NCBI GenBank assembly: GCA_937926935.1
Contig: CALBBI010000070.1
Span: 1 to 40,685, forward strand
DNA length: 40,685 nucleotides
Direction of reading: 5' to 3'
Source of the DNA: an uncultured Bacillota bacterium
GTDB lineage: Bacteria; Bacillota_I; Bacilli_A; RF39; UBA660
Notes under the pieces: model-generated
What the model was told of the DNA's origin: nothing
Seen by the model: the letters and a program-made list of their open reading frames with translations, nothing else
Databases searched by the model: none
Position numbers and translations under genes: made by a program
Shown here: positions 22,221-29,946 of the stretch, in pieces
How positions within the stretch are numbered: position 1 is the first letter of the stretch
Layout: every line of letters starts with the position of its first letter

Positions 22221-22245
22221 CTTGGTTTAGAAGGAGTTTATATAT

Positions 22246-24231
22246 ATGAAAAAAAGTGATTTAGGTCATGATAATATCAATAAACTTTTATTAGCATTCG
22301 CTATCCCTTGTGTAATCAGTATGTTAATTAACTCAGTTTATAATATTGTTGACCAAATATTCATTGGTAAAGGAGTAGGAACATTAGGTAATGCTGCCAC
22401 TAATGTCATATTTCCTTTAGTTATTATTTTTAACGCTGTTGCTGGTCTTATCGGTAATGGTGCGGCAGCAAATTTTTCTCTAAAATTAGGAGAAGGTAAG
22501 AATAAAGAAGGCGCTAGTATCATAGGTGGTGCTACCACAATGTCATTCATAGTAGCAATCATCTTAAGTATCCTATCCTATATTTTCTTACCAAAACTAG
22601 TATACTTCTTTGGATGTACCGATAGTGTCTATAACTACGCTATTGATTATGGTCGTATTATAATACTAGGTGCTCCCTTCATGATAATTTATTCTAGTTT
22701 ATCGCAATTAATTAGAGCCGACGGAAATCCTGGTTATTCCATGGTTTTACTAGTCGTTGGTGCAATTATCAATATCGTTCTTGACCCAATATTCATCTTT
22801 ACTTTTAATATGGGTGTTAAAGGTGGCGCTATTGCAACAGTTATCGGGCAAATCGTTTCATTCATTATGGCTATTTTATACCTAAAAAGAACTAAAAGTG
22901 TTAAACTAAATGCCAAGGACTTTAAAATCGATAGAAACATTTTCCGTAGTTTAAGTCTTGGTCTTTCAAGTTTCATTACTCAAGCTACCGTCCTAGCGTT
23001 ATTTGTTTTCATGAACAATATGATGACTAAATTTGGTGCGGTTAGTAAATATGGTGCTGATATTCCATTATCCGTATATGGTGTTATCTCTAAAATCAAC
23101 AGTCTTTATATTTCGACAATCTTAGGAATTTCTATTGGCTCCCAACCTATAATTGGTTTTAACTATGGTGCTGGAAACTACGAAAGAGTTAAAGAAACCT
23201 TAAGAAAAGTATTAATGATTAACTTTATTGTTGGTTTAGTATTTAACTTAGTATTCTATTTTTTTCCAGAAAATATTGTTAGTATCTTTATTTCTAATAC
23301 TGATGCTAATTACGAATTATTCATGGAATTTGCGGTCGTAGTATGTCATACATTCTTACTTGTTATGGGTCTAAACTTTCTTGAAATGACTACTTCAATC
23401 GTAGTTCAATCTCTTGGTAATGTTAAAAAAGCTACTATGGTATCATTCATAAGACAGATTATTCTTTTCATCCCACTAGCGTGCATTCTAAGTATGACTT
23501 TCCATAAAGGTCTAACCGGAATTTTAGAAGCTGGTCCAATTGCCGATACTATAACATTCATTATTGCAATATTTGTCTTTGGTAGTGAATATAAGAAATT
23601 ATCTAAAGCTACGGCCAAAGAAAGTACTAGCGAACAACCTAAACTTAAATCTAACTATCAAGGTCCAAAAGTAATTATTACTATTGCTCGTGAATATAGT
23701 AGTGGTGGTCGTTATGTAGGGGAAATCCTTGCTAAAAACTTAGGCTTAAACTTCTACGATAAAGAACTAATTACCCTAGCTAGTAAGAAATCGGGTTTAT
23801 CTAAAGACTATATCTCTCAAAGTGACGAACAACTAAAAAGTGCTAAGTACCAAGATAACAACGACGATAGATTATTCATTGCGGAAGCTAAAGTAATCAA
23901 AGACTTAGCTAAAAACTCATGCGTTATCGTTGGCCGTTGTGCTGATTATATCTTAAAAGATAATAAAGACACTATCAAAGTATTCCTCTATAGTACACCG
24001 GATGCCAAGACTAAAAGAGCTACTAAGTACTATGGACTATCAAAAGATATAGCTTTAAAAACAATAAATAAAATTAATAAAGAAAGAGCTAAACACTATA
24101 AGTATTATACAAACCGTGATTGGCAAGATTATACTAACTATGATTTAGTTTTAAATACTGATATCCTAGGTGTTGAAGGCTCTGCTAAATTAATTGAAGA
24201 CTTTGTTAAGAATAAAAATAATAATATCTAG
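22246..24231 (+). CDS. MATE family efflux transporter fused to a C-terminal cytidylate-kinase-like (Cytidylate_kin2 type) domain
   Basis: Residues 1 to ~455 are a polytopic MATE-like membrane domain (NIVDQIFIGKGVG..., about 12 hydrophobic segments). The linker is KATAKESTSEQPKLKSNYQG. From aa 476 (nt 23671), VIITIAREYSSGGRYVGEILAKNLGLNFYDKELI ... CVIVGRCADYIL ... NYDLVLNT matches the cytidylate-kinase-like family with its degenerate P-loop. Confidence 0.85.
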   Translation: MKKSDLGHDNINKLLLAFAIPCVISMLINSVYNIVDQIFIGKGVGTLGNAATNVIFPLVIIFNAVAGLIGNGAAANFSLKLGEGKNKEGASIIGGATTMSFIVAIILSILSYIFLPKLVYFFGCTDSVYNYAIDYGRIIILGAPFMIIYSSLSQLIRADGNPGYSMVLLVVGAIINIVLDPIFIFTFNMGVKGGAIATVIGQIVSFIMAILYLKRTKSVKLNAKDFKIDRNIFRSLSLGLSSFITQATVLALFVFMNNMMTKFGAVSKYGADIPLSVYGVISKINSLYISTILGISIGSQPIIGFNYGAGNYERVKETLRKVLMINFIVGLVFNLVFYFFPENIVSIFISNTDANYELFMEFAVVVCHTFLLVMGLNFLEMTTSIVVQSLGNVKKATMVSFIRQIILFIPLACILSMTFHKGLTGILEAGPIADTITFIIAIFVFGSEYKKLSKATAKESTSEQPKLKSNYQGPKVIITIAREYSSGGRYVGEILAKNLGLNFYDKELITLASKKSGLSKDYISQSDEQLKSAKYQDNNDDRLFIAEAKVIKDLAKNSCVIVGRCADYILKDNKDTIKVFLYSTPDAKTKRATKYYGLSKDIALKTINKINKERAKHYKYYTNRDWQDYTNYDLVLNTDILGVEGSAKLIEDFVKNKNNNI

Positions 24232-24275
24232 ATTTTCTAGGTATTTTTATTATATAATATCCCCAGGTGATTAAT

Positions 24276-25151
24276 ATGTCCTATCCTAAAAAGAACTTAC
24301 TAGAACTTAAAAAAATGACTTTAGAACAAGTTATTCTCTATAACAAAGAACTAAGAAAATACGAATATGAAAATAATATTCCTCTAAAACATATCTATCT
24401 ACGTAATAAAATTCATTCTCTTTTGGTTCAAATAATTAAAATCGATCGTTTATTATCCCAAGACACTCTAACTGTAATTAATGATAACCGCCTCAATACT
24501 ACTAATCCAAAAATTTATGCTTGTACTCATATTGGTGGTAGTGATGTTGAAAGAATATATGAAGCAATTAAAGAACCAGCTTATCTTTTTTTGGGCGACC
24601 CGAAAGAACTTTATCGTGACTTGCCCGGTTTATTACTTAAAATTAATGGCGTTATATGTCTTGAAACTAACGACTTAGAAGACCGTAAAATAGCCACATA
24701 TCGCGCTATCGAAGTTTTAAAAAGCAAAGGCAACTTAATGATTTTCCCTGAAGGTGCTTGGAATATAAGTCCTAATCTTTTAGTAATGGGTCTTTATCAT
24801 GGAACATCATCTATTGCTCTAAAAATTAATGCTGATATCATACCTGTTGCTATCGAGCAATATGATAATCATTTCTACGTAAGTATTGGTGCAAACATAA
24901 TTACTTCTAATTTATCCAATATTAAAGTACCCGAACTTACTAATCTTCTTCGTGATAGCCTAGCAACCGAAAAATGGCGTATCATTGAATACCAAGGTAC
25001 TTTTGACCGCAACCAAGTAGCGCAAACTAACATTCATGAATTTCAACAAGCCATAGTAGATAAATGTCCTTATGGTTTTAACTTGGAAGATGTTTATAAC
25101 ACCATGTATCATGAAAAATCTTCTTTAACTAAAAAATGCCAGAATAACTGA
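24276..25151 (+). CDS. Lysophospholipid / 1-acyl-sn-glycerol-3-phosphate acyltransferase family protein
   Basis: HX4D motif CTHIGGSD and the FPEGAWN block. ATG at 24276 lies behind CAGGTGA; the track starts at GTG 24267. Confidence 0.75.
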   Translation: MSYPKKNLLELKKMTLEQVILYNKELRKYEYENNIPLKHIYLRNKIHSLLVQIIKIDRLLSQDTLTVINDNRLNTTNPKIYACTHIGGSDVERIYEAIKEPAYLFLGDPKELYRDLPGLLLKINGVICLETNDLEDRKIATYRAIEVLKSKGNLMIFPEGAWNISPNLLVMGLYHGTSSIALKINADIIPVAIEQYDNHFYVSIGANIITSNLSNIKVPELTNLLRDSLATEKWRIIEYQGTFDRNQVAQTNIHEFQQAIVDKCPYGFNLEDVYNTMYHEKSSLTKKCQNN

Positions 25152-25193
25152 CGTTGTCTAAAAACAATTACAAGAAACGTTAAGAAGACATAT

Positions 25194-25221
25194 TTGACAA
25201 TTTTACTTAAAGTTGTATAAT
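25194..25221 (+). promoter_or_regulatory. Sigma-A type promoter
   Basis: TTGACA (25194-25199), 16-nt spacer, TATAAT (25216-25221), followed by RBS AAGGGGGA. Confidence 0.65.
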
Positions 25222-25244
25222 ATGACTAAATAAGGGGGATAATT

Positions 25245-25655
25245 ATGTGTACTATTGATACAATACAAGAAATTTTAGAAAATACTGGTAAAATAAATAT
25301 TGTTTTAAACAGGGAGGTAGGAGTAGTTTATTTTTCTCTTTTAAAGTCTTTAGATAATTTAAAAATTTTACATAAAACAGGTGCTGTTAGAGATTTAAGC
25401 GACGAATATTTGACTAAAATCATTATAAATCATATTAAAATAGTTATGCTTTATAATAAGAAGAAAGACCTGGCTTTAGGTACTAAAACTACTGGCGAAG
25501 AATTTACTAAATATCTTACTAGTGGGGATATGGCTATTGATTTAACTCCAAATAAATCACTATCTAATGAAGAAAGTACGGATAAAAAATTAACCAGAAA
25601 AGTAAAATTTACCAGAGATAGAAATATAACAAATTTTAATCCTGACGAGCACTAA
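25245..25655 (+). CDS. Hypothetical protein (136 aa)
   Basis: Consensus promoter, strong RBS, and a small hairpin plus T-run after the stop (AGCAC...GTGCTTTTTT). I recognised no motif. Confidence 0.6.
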   Translation: MCTIDTIQEILENTGKINIVLNREVGVVYFSLLKSLDNLKILHKTGAVRDLSDEYLTKIIINHIKIVMLYNKKKDLALGTKTTGEEFTKYLTSGDMAIDLTPNKSLSNEESTDKKLTRKVKFTRDRNITNFNPDEH

Positions 25656-25709
25656 TTAAGGTGCTTTTTTCTTATGTCTGTGTTATAGTATAGTTAGAAA
25701 GGATAACGT

Positions 25710-26504
25710 ATGAAAAAGAAAATAATATTAATTACAGGAATAATAATTCTAGCCGTTTTATTACTAGGAGGTTATAAGTTCCTAACCAAAAAAGAAACTA
25801 TAAAAAACGAAGAACAAAGTATAAACATCAATGACAAATTAGTAACTAATGCCCTAAAGAAATTTGAAAGTATTGAAAGTCTAAATGATAAGGCCAAAGC
25901 TTTAGCTAACAAAATGTTTTATGAAAATAAAATTGTAAATAGTGCTACTTTTACTAATGAAGAAAAACTATTCTTAAGCTTACTTGCGTATTCTAACCAA
26001 GAAAAGAAAGCTCTATATTATATTGAAGAACCACTAGAAATACCTACTGATACTTTAAAGAATACTTTCTTCTACGAAGATGATTTTCTTGATAACTTCA
26101 AAGACACTAATAAAAAATATACTATCTTAAATACCCTTAACTATGAATATCAAGATAACAAAGTTAAAGTAATCGGAGATAACAAACTAAATGACATGGA
26201 TAACCGCTTATTTGCGTATAACGTTTTAAATGCTAAGAAAACAAACGATACTTTAGAAATTACTTTTAGACTAGCATACTTAGATTATCAATATAGTAAT
26301 ACTAACACTAAAGTATTAATGTATAACTCTCTTAATGATACTAACGAGATTAAAACTATTACTTTAAATCAAACTATAGAAAATGGTACAACTAAAGACG
26401 AATCATTTGATGTTAAAAACATTGACGACCAATTTAATACTTATAAATATACGCTTAAACTTGTAAATGGTAATACTTACTTTGTTTCTTTAGAACGAAT
26501 TTAG
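25710..26504 (+). CDS. Hypothetical membrane-anchored or secreted protein (264 aa)
   Basis: N-terminus MKKKIILITGIIILAVLLLGG is a signal anchor with no lipobox Cys. RBS GAAAGGA. The remainder is Asn/Lys/Thr-rich. Confidence 0.65.
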   Translation: MKKKIILITGIIILAVLLLGGYKFLTKKETIKNEEQSININDKLVTNALKKFESIESLNDKAKALANKMFYENKIVNSATFTNEEKLFLSLLAYSNQEKKALYYIEEPLEIPTDTLKNTFFYEDDFLDNFKDTNKKYTILNTLNYEYQDNKVKVIGDNKLNDMDNRLFAYNVLNAKKTNDTLEITFRLAYLDYQYSNTNTKVLMYNSLNDTNEIKTITLNQTIENGTTKDESFDVKNIDDQFNTYKYTLKLVNGNTYFVSLERI

Positions 26505-26523
26505 AAAACTTTGAATAAAAACT

Positions 26524-26560
26524 AAAAATCTTTTCCATAAATAAAAGGAAAGGATTTTTT
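26524..26560 (+). promoter_or_regulatory. Hairpin plus T-run that acts as terminator for the upstream gene and sequesters the sigG RBS
   Basis: 13-bp stem AAAAATCTTTTCC (26524-26536) / GGAAAGGATTTTT (26547-26559) with one G-U pair and a 10-nt loop. The right arm contains the only purine-rich RBS candidate (GGAAAGGA) upstream of the sigG ATG at 26566. Confidence 0.6.
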
Positions 26561-26565
26561 AATAC

Positions 26566-27342
26566 ATGGGAAAATATAAAGTAGAAATAACTGGCATCAA
26601 TACCAGTGAATTAAAAGTACTAACACAAGAAGAAATGACTGAACTATTTAAAAAATATAAAGAAGGTGATAAACTAGCTAAAGACGAACTAGTAAACGGT
26701 AACCTCAAACTAGTTTTAAGCATCTTAAAAAGATTTAATAAAGAAAAATATAACTTAGATGACTTGTTTCAAATTGGTTGTGTCGGTCTAATCAAAGCCA
26801 TTGATAACTTTGATCTTGCATATAACTGCCTATTTTCAACCTATGCCGTTCCTTTAATTCTTGGTGAAATTAGACGCTATGTAAGAGATAACACATCCAT
26901 AAGAGTAAGTCGTAGTATCAAAGATAATGCTTATCATGTTCTTAAATTTAAAGAAGAATATATTAATAAATATGGTGTTGAACCAAGTAATGAAATAATT
27001 AGTAAAAGTCTAAATATGAGTGAATTAGAAATAGCTTCCTGTCTTGATGCCTTATGCGAACCCGTAAGTATTTTCGAACCAATCTATAATGATGGCGGTG
27101 ATACTATCTACTTATGCGACCAACTAGCAGATAAAAAAGAACTAAAACAAGATAAAGATGCCTTAATATCCTTAAGAAAAGGTCTTCAAGCTATAAAGAA
27201 CCGAGAAAGAATAGTCCTAGAACAACGTTATATCATAGGTAAAACTCAAATGGAAATTGCCTCATCCCTAAATATCAGCCAAGCCCAAGTATCTAGAATA
27301 GAAAAAAATGCTATTCGTACTTTAAAAAGAATAATAAAATAG
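26566..27342 (+). CDS. sigG: Sporulation sigma factor SigG (forespore, late)
   Basis: It aligns along its length with B. subtilis SigG as I recall it: KVEITGINTSELKVL, LVNGNLKLVLSILKRFN, DDLFQIGCVGLIKAIDNFD, FSTYAVPLILGEIRRYVRDN and IRVSRS. The region 4.2 HTH is QMEIASSLNISQAQVSRIEK. Confidence 0.88.
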   Translation: MGKYKVEITGINTSELKVLTQEEMTELFKKYKEGDKLAKDELVNGNLKLVLSILKRFNKEKYNLDDLFQIGCVGLIKAIDNFDLAYNCLFSTYAVPLILGEIRRYVRDNTSIRVSRSIKDNAYHVLKFKEEYINKYGVEPSNEIISKSLNMSELEIASCLDALCEPVSIFEPIYNDGGDTIYLCDQLADKKELKQDKDALISLRKGLQAIKNRERIVLEQRYIIGKTQMEIASSLNISQAQVSRIEKNAIRTLKRIIK

Positions 27343-27364
27343 TTAGCGCCTGTCTAACTATTTT
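27336..27364. terminator. Bidirectional terminator shared by sigG and the convergent membrane-protein gene
   Basis: 11-bp stem AAAATAGTTAG / CTAACTATTTT around the loop CGCCTGT, with an A-run on one side and a T-run on the other. It overlaps both stop codons. Confidence 0.7.
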
Positions 27365-27759
27365 AACTTACTATTTATTTCTTTAGTATTTAGATAAATA
27401 TTATATAGAAGGAAAGCTGCTTCATACAAAATTCTAATAATAATATTACCTAATATTAATGTCATAAAGAATAAAGCAACATCAACTTTTATAAGACTAA
27501 ATGAAATAATTGTTACATAAAGAGTAGTAGTAATATAAGCAATCTTTAAGAACGCTTCAATAAAATTAATCTTAAAATGAAGAAAATCATATAAATTCTT
27601 AACAAAACCAGTATACTTGCTTTCTTCTTTCTTATCCATAAATACGAAATAAATAACGATACTTGCTGCAATAGCAACAATAAATGCTATTAAACTACCT
27701 GAAGTACTAGAACTACTAGAAGCACTTATTGCGTTAATACCATAATCATAATTACGCAT
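27358..27759 (-). CDS. Hypothetical integral membrane protein (133 aa)
   Basis: Ser-rich N-terminus (SASSSSSTSGS) and 3-4 hydrophobic segments. RBS AGAAAGGA lies 8 nt upstream of the ATG on the minus strand. Confidence 0.65.
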   Translation of the reverse strand: MRNYDYGINAISASSSSSTSGSLIAFIVAIAASIVIYFVFMDKKEESKYTGFVKNLYDFLHFKINFIEAFLKIAYITTTLYVTIISFSLIKVDVALFFMTLILGNIIIRILYEAAFLLYNIYLNTKEINSKLK

Positions 27760-27854
27760 ATTATTAAATCCTTTCTAAATCTATTCTAACAAAATTTATT
27801 AGTAAATACAATGTATTCATGCTATAATTTAGTTATAAATAGTTGGAGGTTGTT

Positions 27855-28052
27855 ATGAAGAGTATTTTAATGTATATTTTATCTTGCTTACTATCTTTTG
27901 TTATTATAATTATATCTTTTGATATGTTAAGTTGGTATAATCCTTTTGATATTCCTACTAAAGTAGTTTTAGTTAGAATGATTATTTGCTTTACTATTCT
28001 AGAACTTATCTTTGTTTTTCTTATCTCTTTATATAAGAAGAAGAATAAATAA
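27855..28052 (+). CDS. Small two-TM membrane protein (65 aa)
   Basis: ATG at 27855 lies behind TGGAGG. An extended -10 TGcTATAAT sits at 27820-27828. Two hydrophobic helices and a KKKNK tail. Confidence 0.55.
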   Translation: MKSILMYILSCLLSFVIIIISFDMLSWYNPFDIPTKVVLVRMIICFTILELIFVFLISLYKKKNK

Positions 28053-28077
28053 TAATTTGTTAGTTGGAGGATTAATT

Positions 28078-28530
28078 ATGAAAAAGACAATTTTAATAAT
28101 ATTATGTGGGGTTATGGTACTGGGACTTACTGGTTGTGGAAAGCCAAAAAATGAATTGGATATAGGAAGTAAGTCTAATATTAAGATTTCCCAAAATGAT
28201 GTTACTATGACTATTAAAGAAGGAACGTTAACCAATAAAAGTGCCACTCTAGTTTTAACTAATAATAGTGATAAAAATTTTGAATATGGGACCCCTTATG
28301 AAATAGAGGTTAAAAAAGACGGCGAATGGCATAAAATAAATGTGGAATTAGATTTTACTATGCCTGCCTTTCAACTTTCTGCAAAAGAAAGTAACGAAAT
28401 TGAACTAGACTGGGAATATGGCTATGGTAGACTTGCCGAAGGAACTTATAGAATTATAAAAGAAATTAACTATGAATACAATGGAGGAAAATACGAACCT
28501 TTCAATGTAGCTGTTGAATTTACTATTTAA
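28078..28530 (+). CDS. Lipoprotein, probable beta-sandwich fold (150 aa)
   Basis: ATG at 28078 lies behind TGGAGGA. The signal peptide has the lipobox LTGC (MKKTILIILCGVMVLGLTGC). The track's 28012 start would overlap the previous ORF. Confidence 0.75.
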   Translation: MKKTILIILCGVMVLGLTGCGKPKNELDIGSKSNIKISQNDVTMTIKEGTLTNKSATLVLTNNSDKNFEYGTPYEIEVKKDGEWHKINVELDFTMPAFQLSAKESNEIELDWEYGYGRLAEGTYRIIKEINYEYNGGKYEPFNVAVEFTI

Positions 28531-28561
28531 TAATAAATTATAATTTAAAGAAGGGCTTATT

Positions 28562-28963
28562 ATGAAAAAGATTATTATCGGTATTTTGTGTATTCTTTGT
28601 TTATGTTCTTGTACTAATACGAAGGATAATAGTGATACCCCTTTAAATACGGAATACTTAGAGCAAGAAATAACCTTAAATTTAGGTAAAATTATGGAAG
28701 TTACCAATACAACTTCTTCTAACCCCTATGACTATACTAAAAACGAGTATTATGATAATATTGTTAAACTAGGTGAATGTGCTGTTCCAGTCCTTGAAAG
28801 TATGTATAAAAATAATAAATTATCCGGTGTCAGCGCCTATCTTTCGGCCTTGATAGTTCAAGATATAACTGGGTGTAACCTAAATGAAAGATACAACCTA
28901 GATTGGTCTACCGCCGAAGAATTCTATAACTTATGGCAAGATAACAATTGTCAATTTAAATAA
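28562..28963 (+). CDS. Lipoprotein, unknown function (133 aa)
   Basis: Signal peptide with the lipobox LCSC (MKKIIIGILCILCLCSC). The mature part carries 3 further Cys residues. Confidence 0.7.
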   Translation: MKKIIIGILCILCLCSCTNTKDNSDTPLNTEYLEQEITLNLGKIMEVTNTTSSNPYDYTKNEYYDNIVKLGECAVPVLESMYKNNKLSGVSAYLSALIVQDITGCNLNERYNLDWSTAEEFYNLWQDNNCQFK

Positions 28964-28983
28964 AAAGTAGGGAAGTGTTATTA

Positions 28984-29568
28984 ATGATTAAAAATATTAT
29001 TTTTGATGTTGGTGGTATTCTTTTTGACGATAGTAAAGAAAGTATTACTAAACTATTAGGTAAGGATAGTACAAATATCTATAAAGCCGCCTATGGCCAA
29101 GACTTTAAAAAATGCTTATTAGGACAAATCACAGTTCAAGAACACTTAAATAATCTAAAAAACAACCCTGATTTTAATGATATTAAATTTATTTTAACTA
29201 AAGAATATTTACCAAAATCATACCCTTTATTAGAAGAAAATTTTAACTATATCAAAGCCTTAAAAGATAAAGGATACAAACTATTTCTTCTAACTAATAT
29301 CACTGAAGATAGTTATAATTACATCAACGAAACAATTAATATCAATTCTATCTTTACCGGTGGTATATATTCTTATCAAGAACATTTAATTAAACCCAAC
29401 CCTGAAATTTATGAATTAATAATTAAACGTTTTAACTTAAATAAAAATGAAACAATCTTCTTTGACGATAAAGAAAAGAACGTTAAAGCTGCTAAAGAGA
29501 CTGGCCTAAAATCTATCGTCTTTACATCCCTTCAAGATATAAAAGACAATATAAATTCCAAGAATTAA
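28984..29568 (+). CDS. HAD superfamily hydrolase (subfamily IA-like)
   Basis: Motif I region IIFDVGGILFDD, motif II LLTN, and motif IV FFDDKEKNV. ATG 28984 is preferred over GTG 28975. Confidence 0.75.
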   Translation: MIKNIIFDVGGILFDDSKESITKLLGKDSTNIYKAAYGQDFKKCLLGQITVQEHLNNLKNNPDFNDIKFILTKEYLPKSYPLLEENFNYIKALKDKGYKLFLLTNITEDSYNYINETININSIFTGGIYSYQEHLIKPNPEIYELIIKRFNLNKNETIFFDDKEKNVKAAKETGLKSIVFTSLQDIKDNINSKN

Positions 29569-29666
29569 TTTACTTAAAACCTTGACAAATATTACATAGT
29601 CAATTTTCTTATACAGATTTATTCAAAAAATAATTGATTTTATAATATACTTAAATAGGTGATTAT

Positions 29667-29891
29667 ATGCGGATTTCTGATTTACAACTTAAAGACATCG
29701 TTAATATTAATGATGGTAAAAAAATTGGCCGTATCATTGATGTCGAAATAAATGGTGACGGCTTAATCACTTATTTTGTCGTTGAAGAAAAACGTGGTCT
29801 TTCTAACTTTTTAGGTAAAGAAACTGAAACCACCATAACATTTAATCAAATAAAAAAAATAGGTAGTGATGTTATCCTAGTAGATGTTTAA
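29667..29891 (+). CDS. ylmC: YlmC/YmxH family PRC-barrel sporulation protein
   Basis: 74 aa. MRISDLQLKDIVNINDGKKIGRIIDVEIN...GSDVILVD matches the YlmC/YmxH pattern. Confidence 0.85.
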   Translation: MRISDLQLKDIVNINDGKKIGRIIDVEINGDGLITYFVVEEKRGLSNFLGKETETTITFNQIKKIGSDVILVDV

Positions 29892-29897
29892 AACTCA

Positions 29898-29926
29898 TTT
29901 ACTAAAATACATCCTAATGATATAAT
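29898..29926 (+). promoter_or_regulatory. Sigma-A promoter with extended -10, upstream of the serpin gene
   Basis: TTTACT (29898-29903), 17-nt spacer, TGaTATAAT (29918-29926). Confidence 0.6.
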
Positions 29927-29946
29927 CTAGTTAGAATGAGGTTAAT

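Noticed and set aside
22126-22245. Possible riboswitch or attenuator leader upstream of the MATE fusion gene.
   Set aside because: The region is only ~120 nt. Its single hairpin plus T-run (22182-22220) is best read as the terminator of the upstream pbp operon, and I could not recognise a conserved riboswitch core.
28012-28077. Long-form start of the first lipoprotein, overlapping the preceding small ORF.
   Set aside because: The internal ATG at 28078 has a TGGAGGA RBS and gives a textbook lipoprotein signal peptide. The extension is Arg/Asn-rich and non-hydrophobic.
29569-29666. A TTGACA at 29583-29588 upstream of ylmC as a promoter.
   Set aside because: No acceptable -10 hexamer lies at 16-18 nt spacing. 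ylmC-type genes are usually driven by sporulation sigma factors, and I could not confidently match those consensus sequences here.
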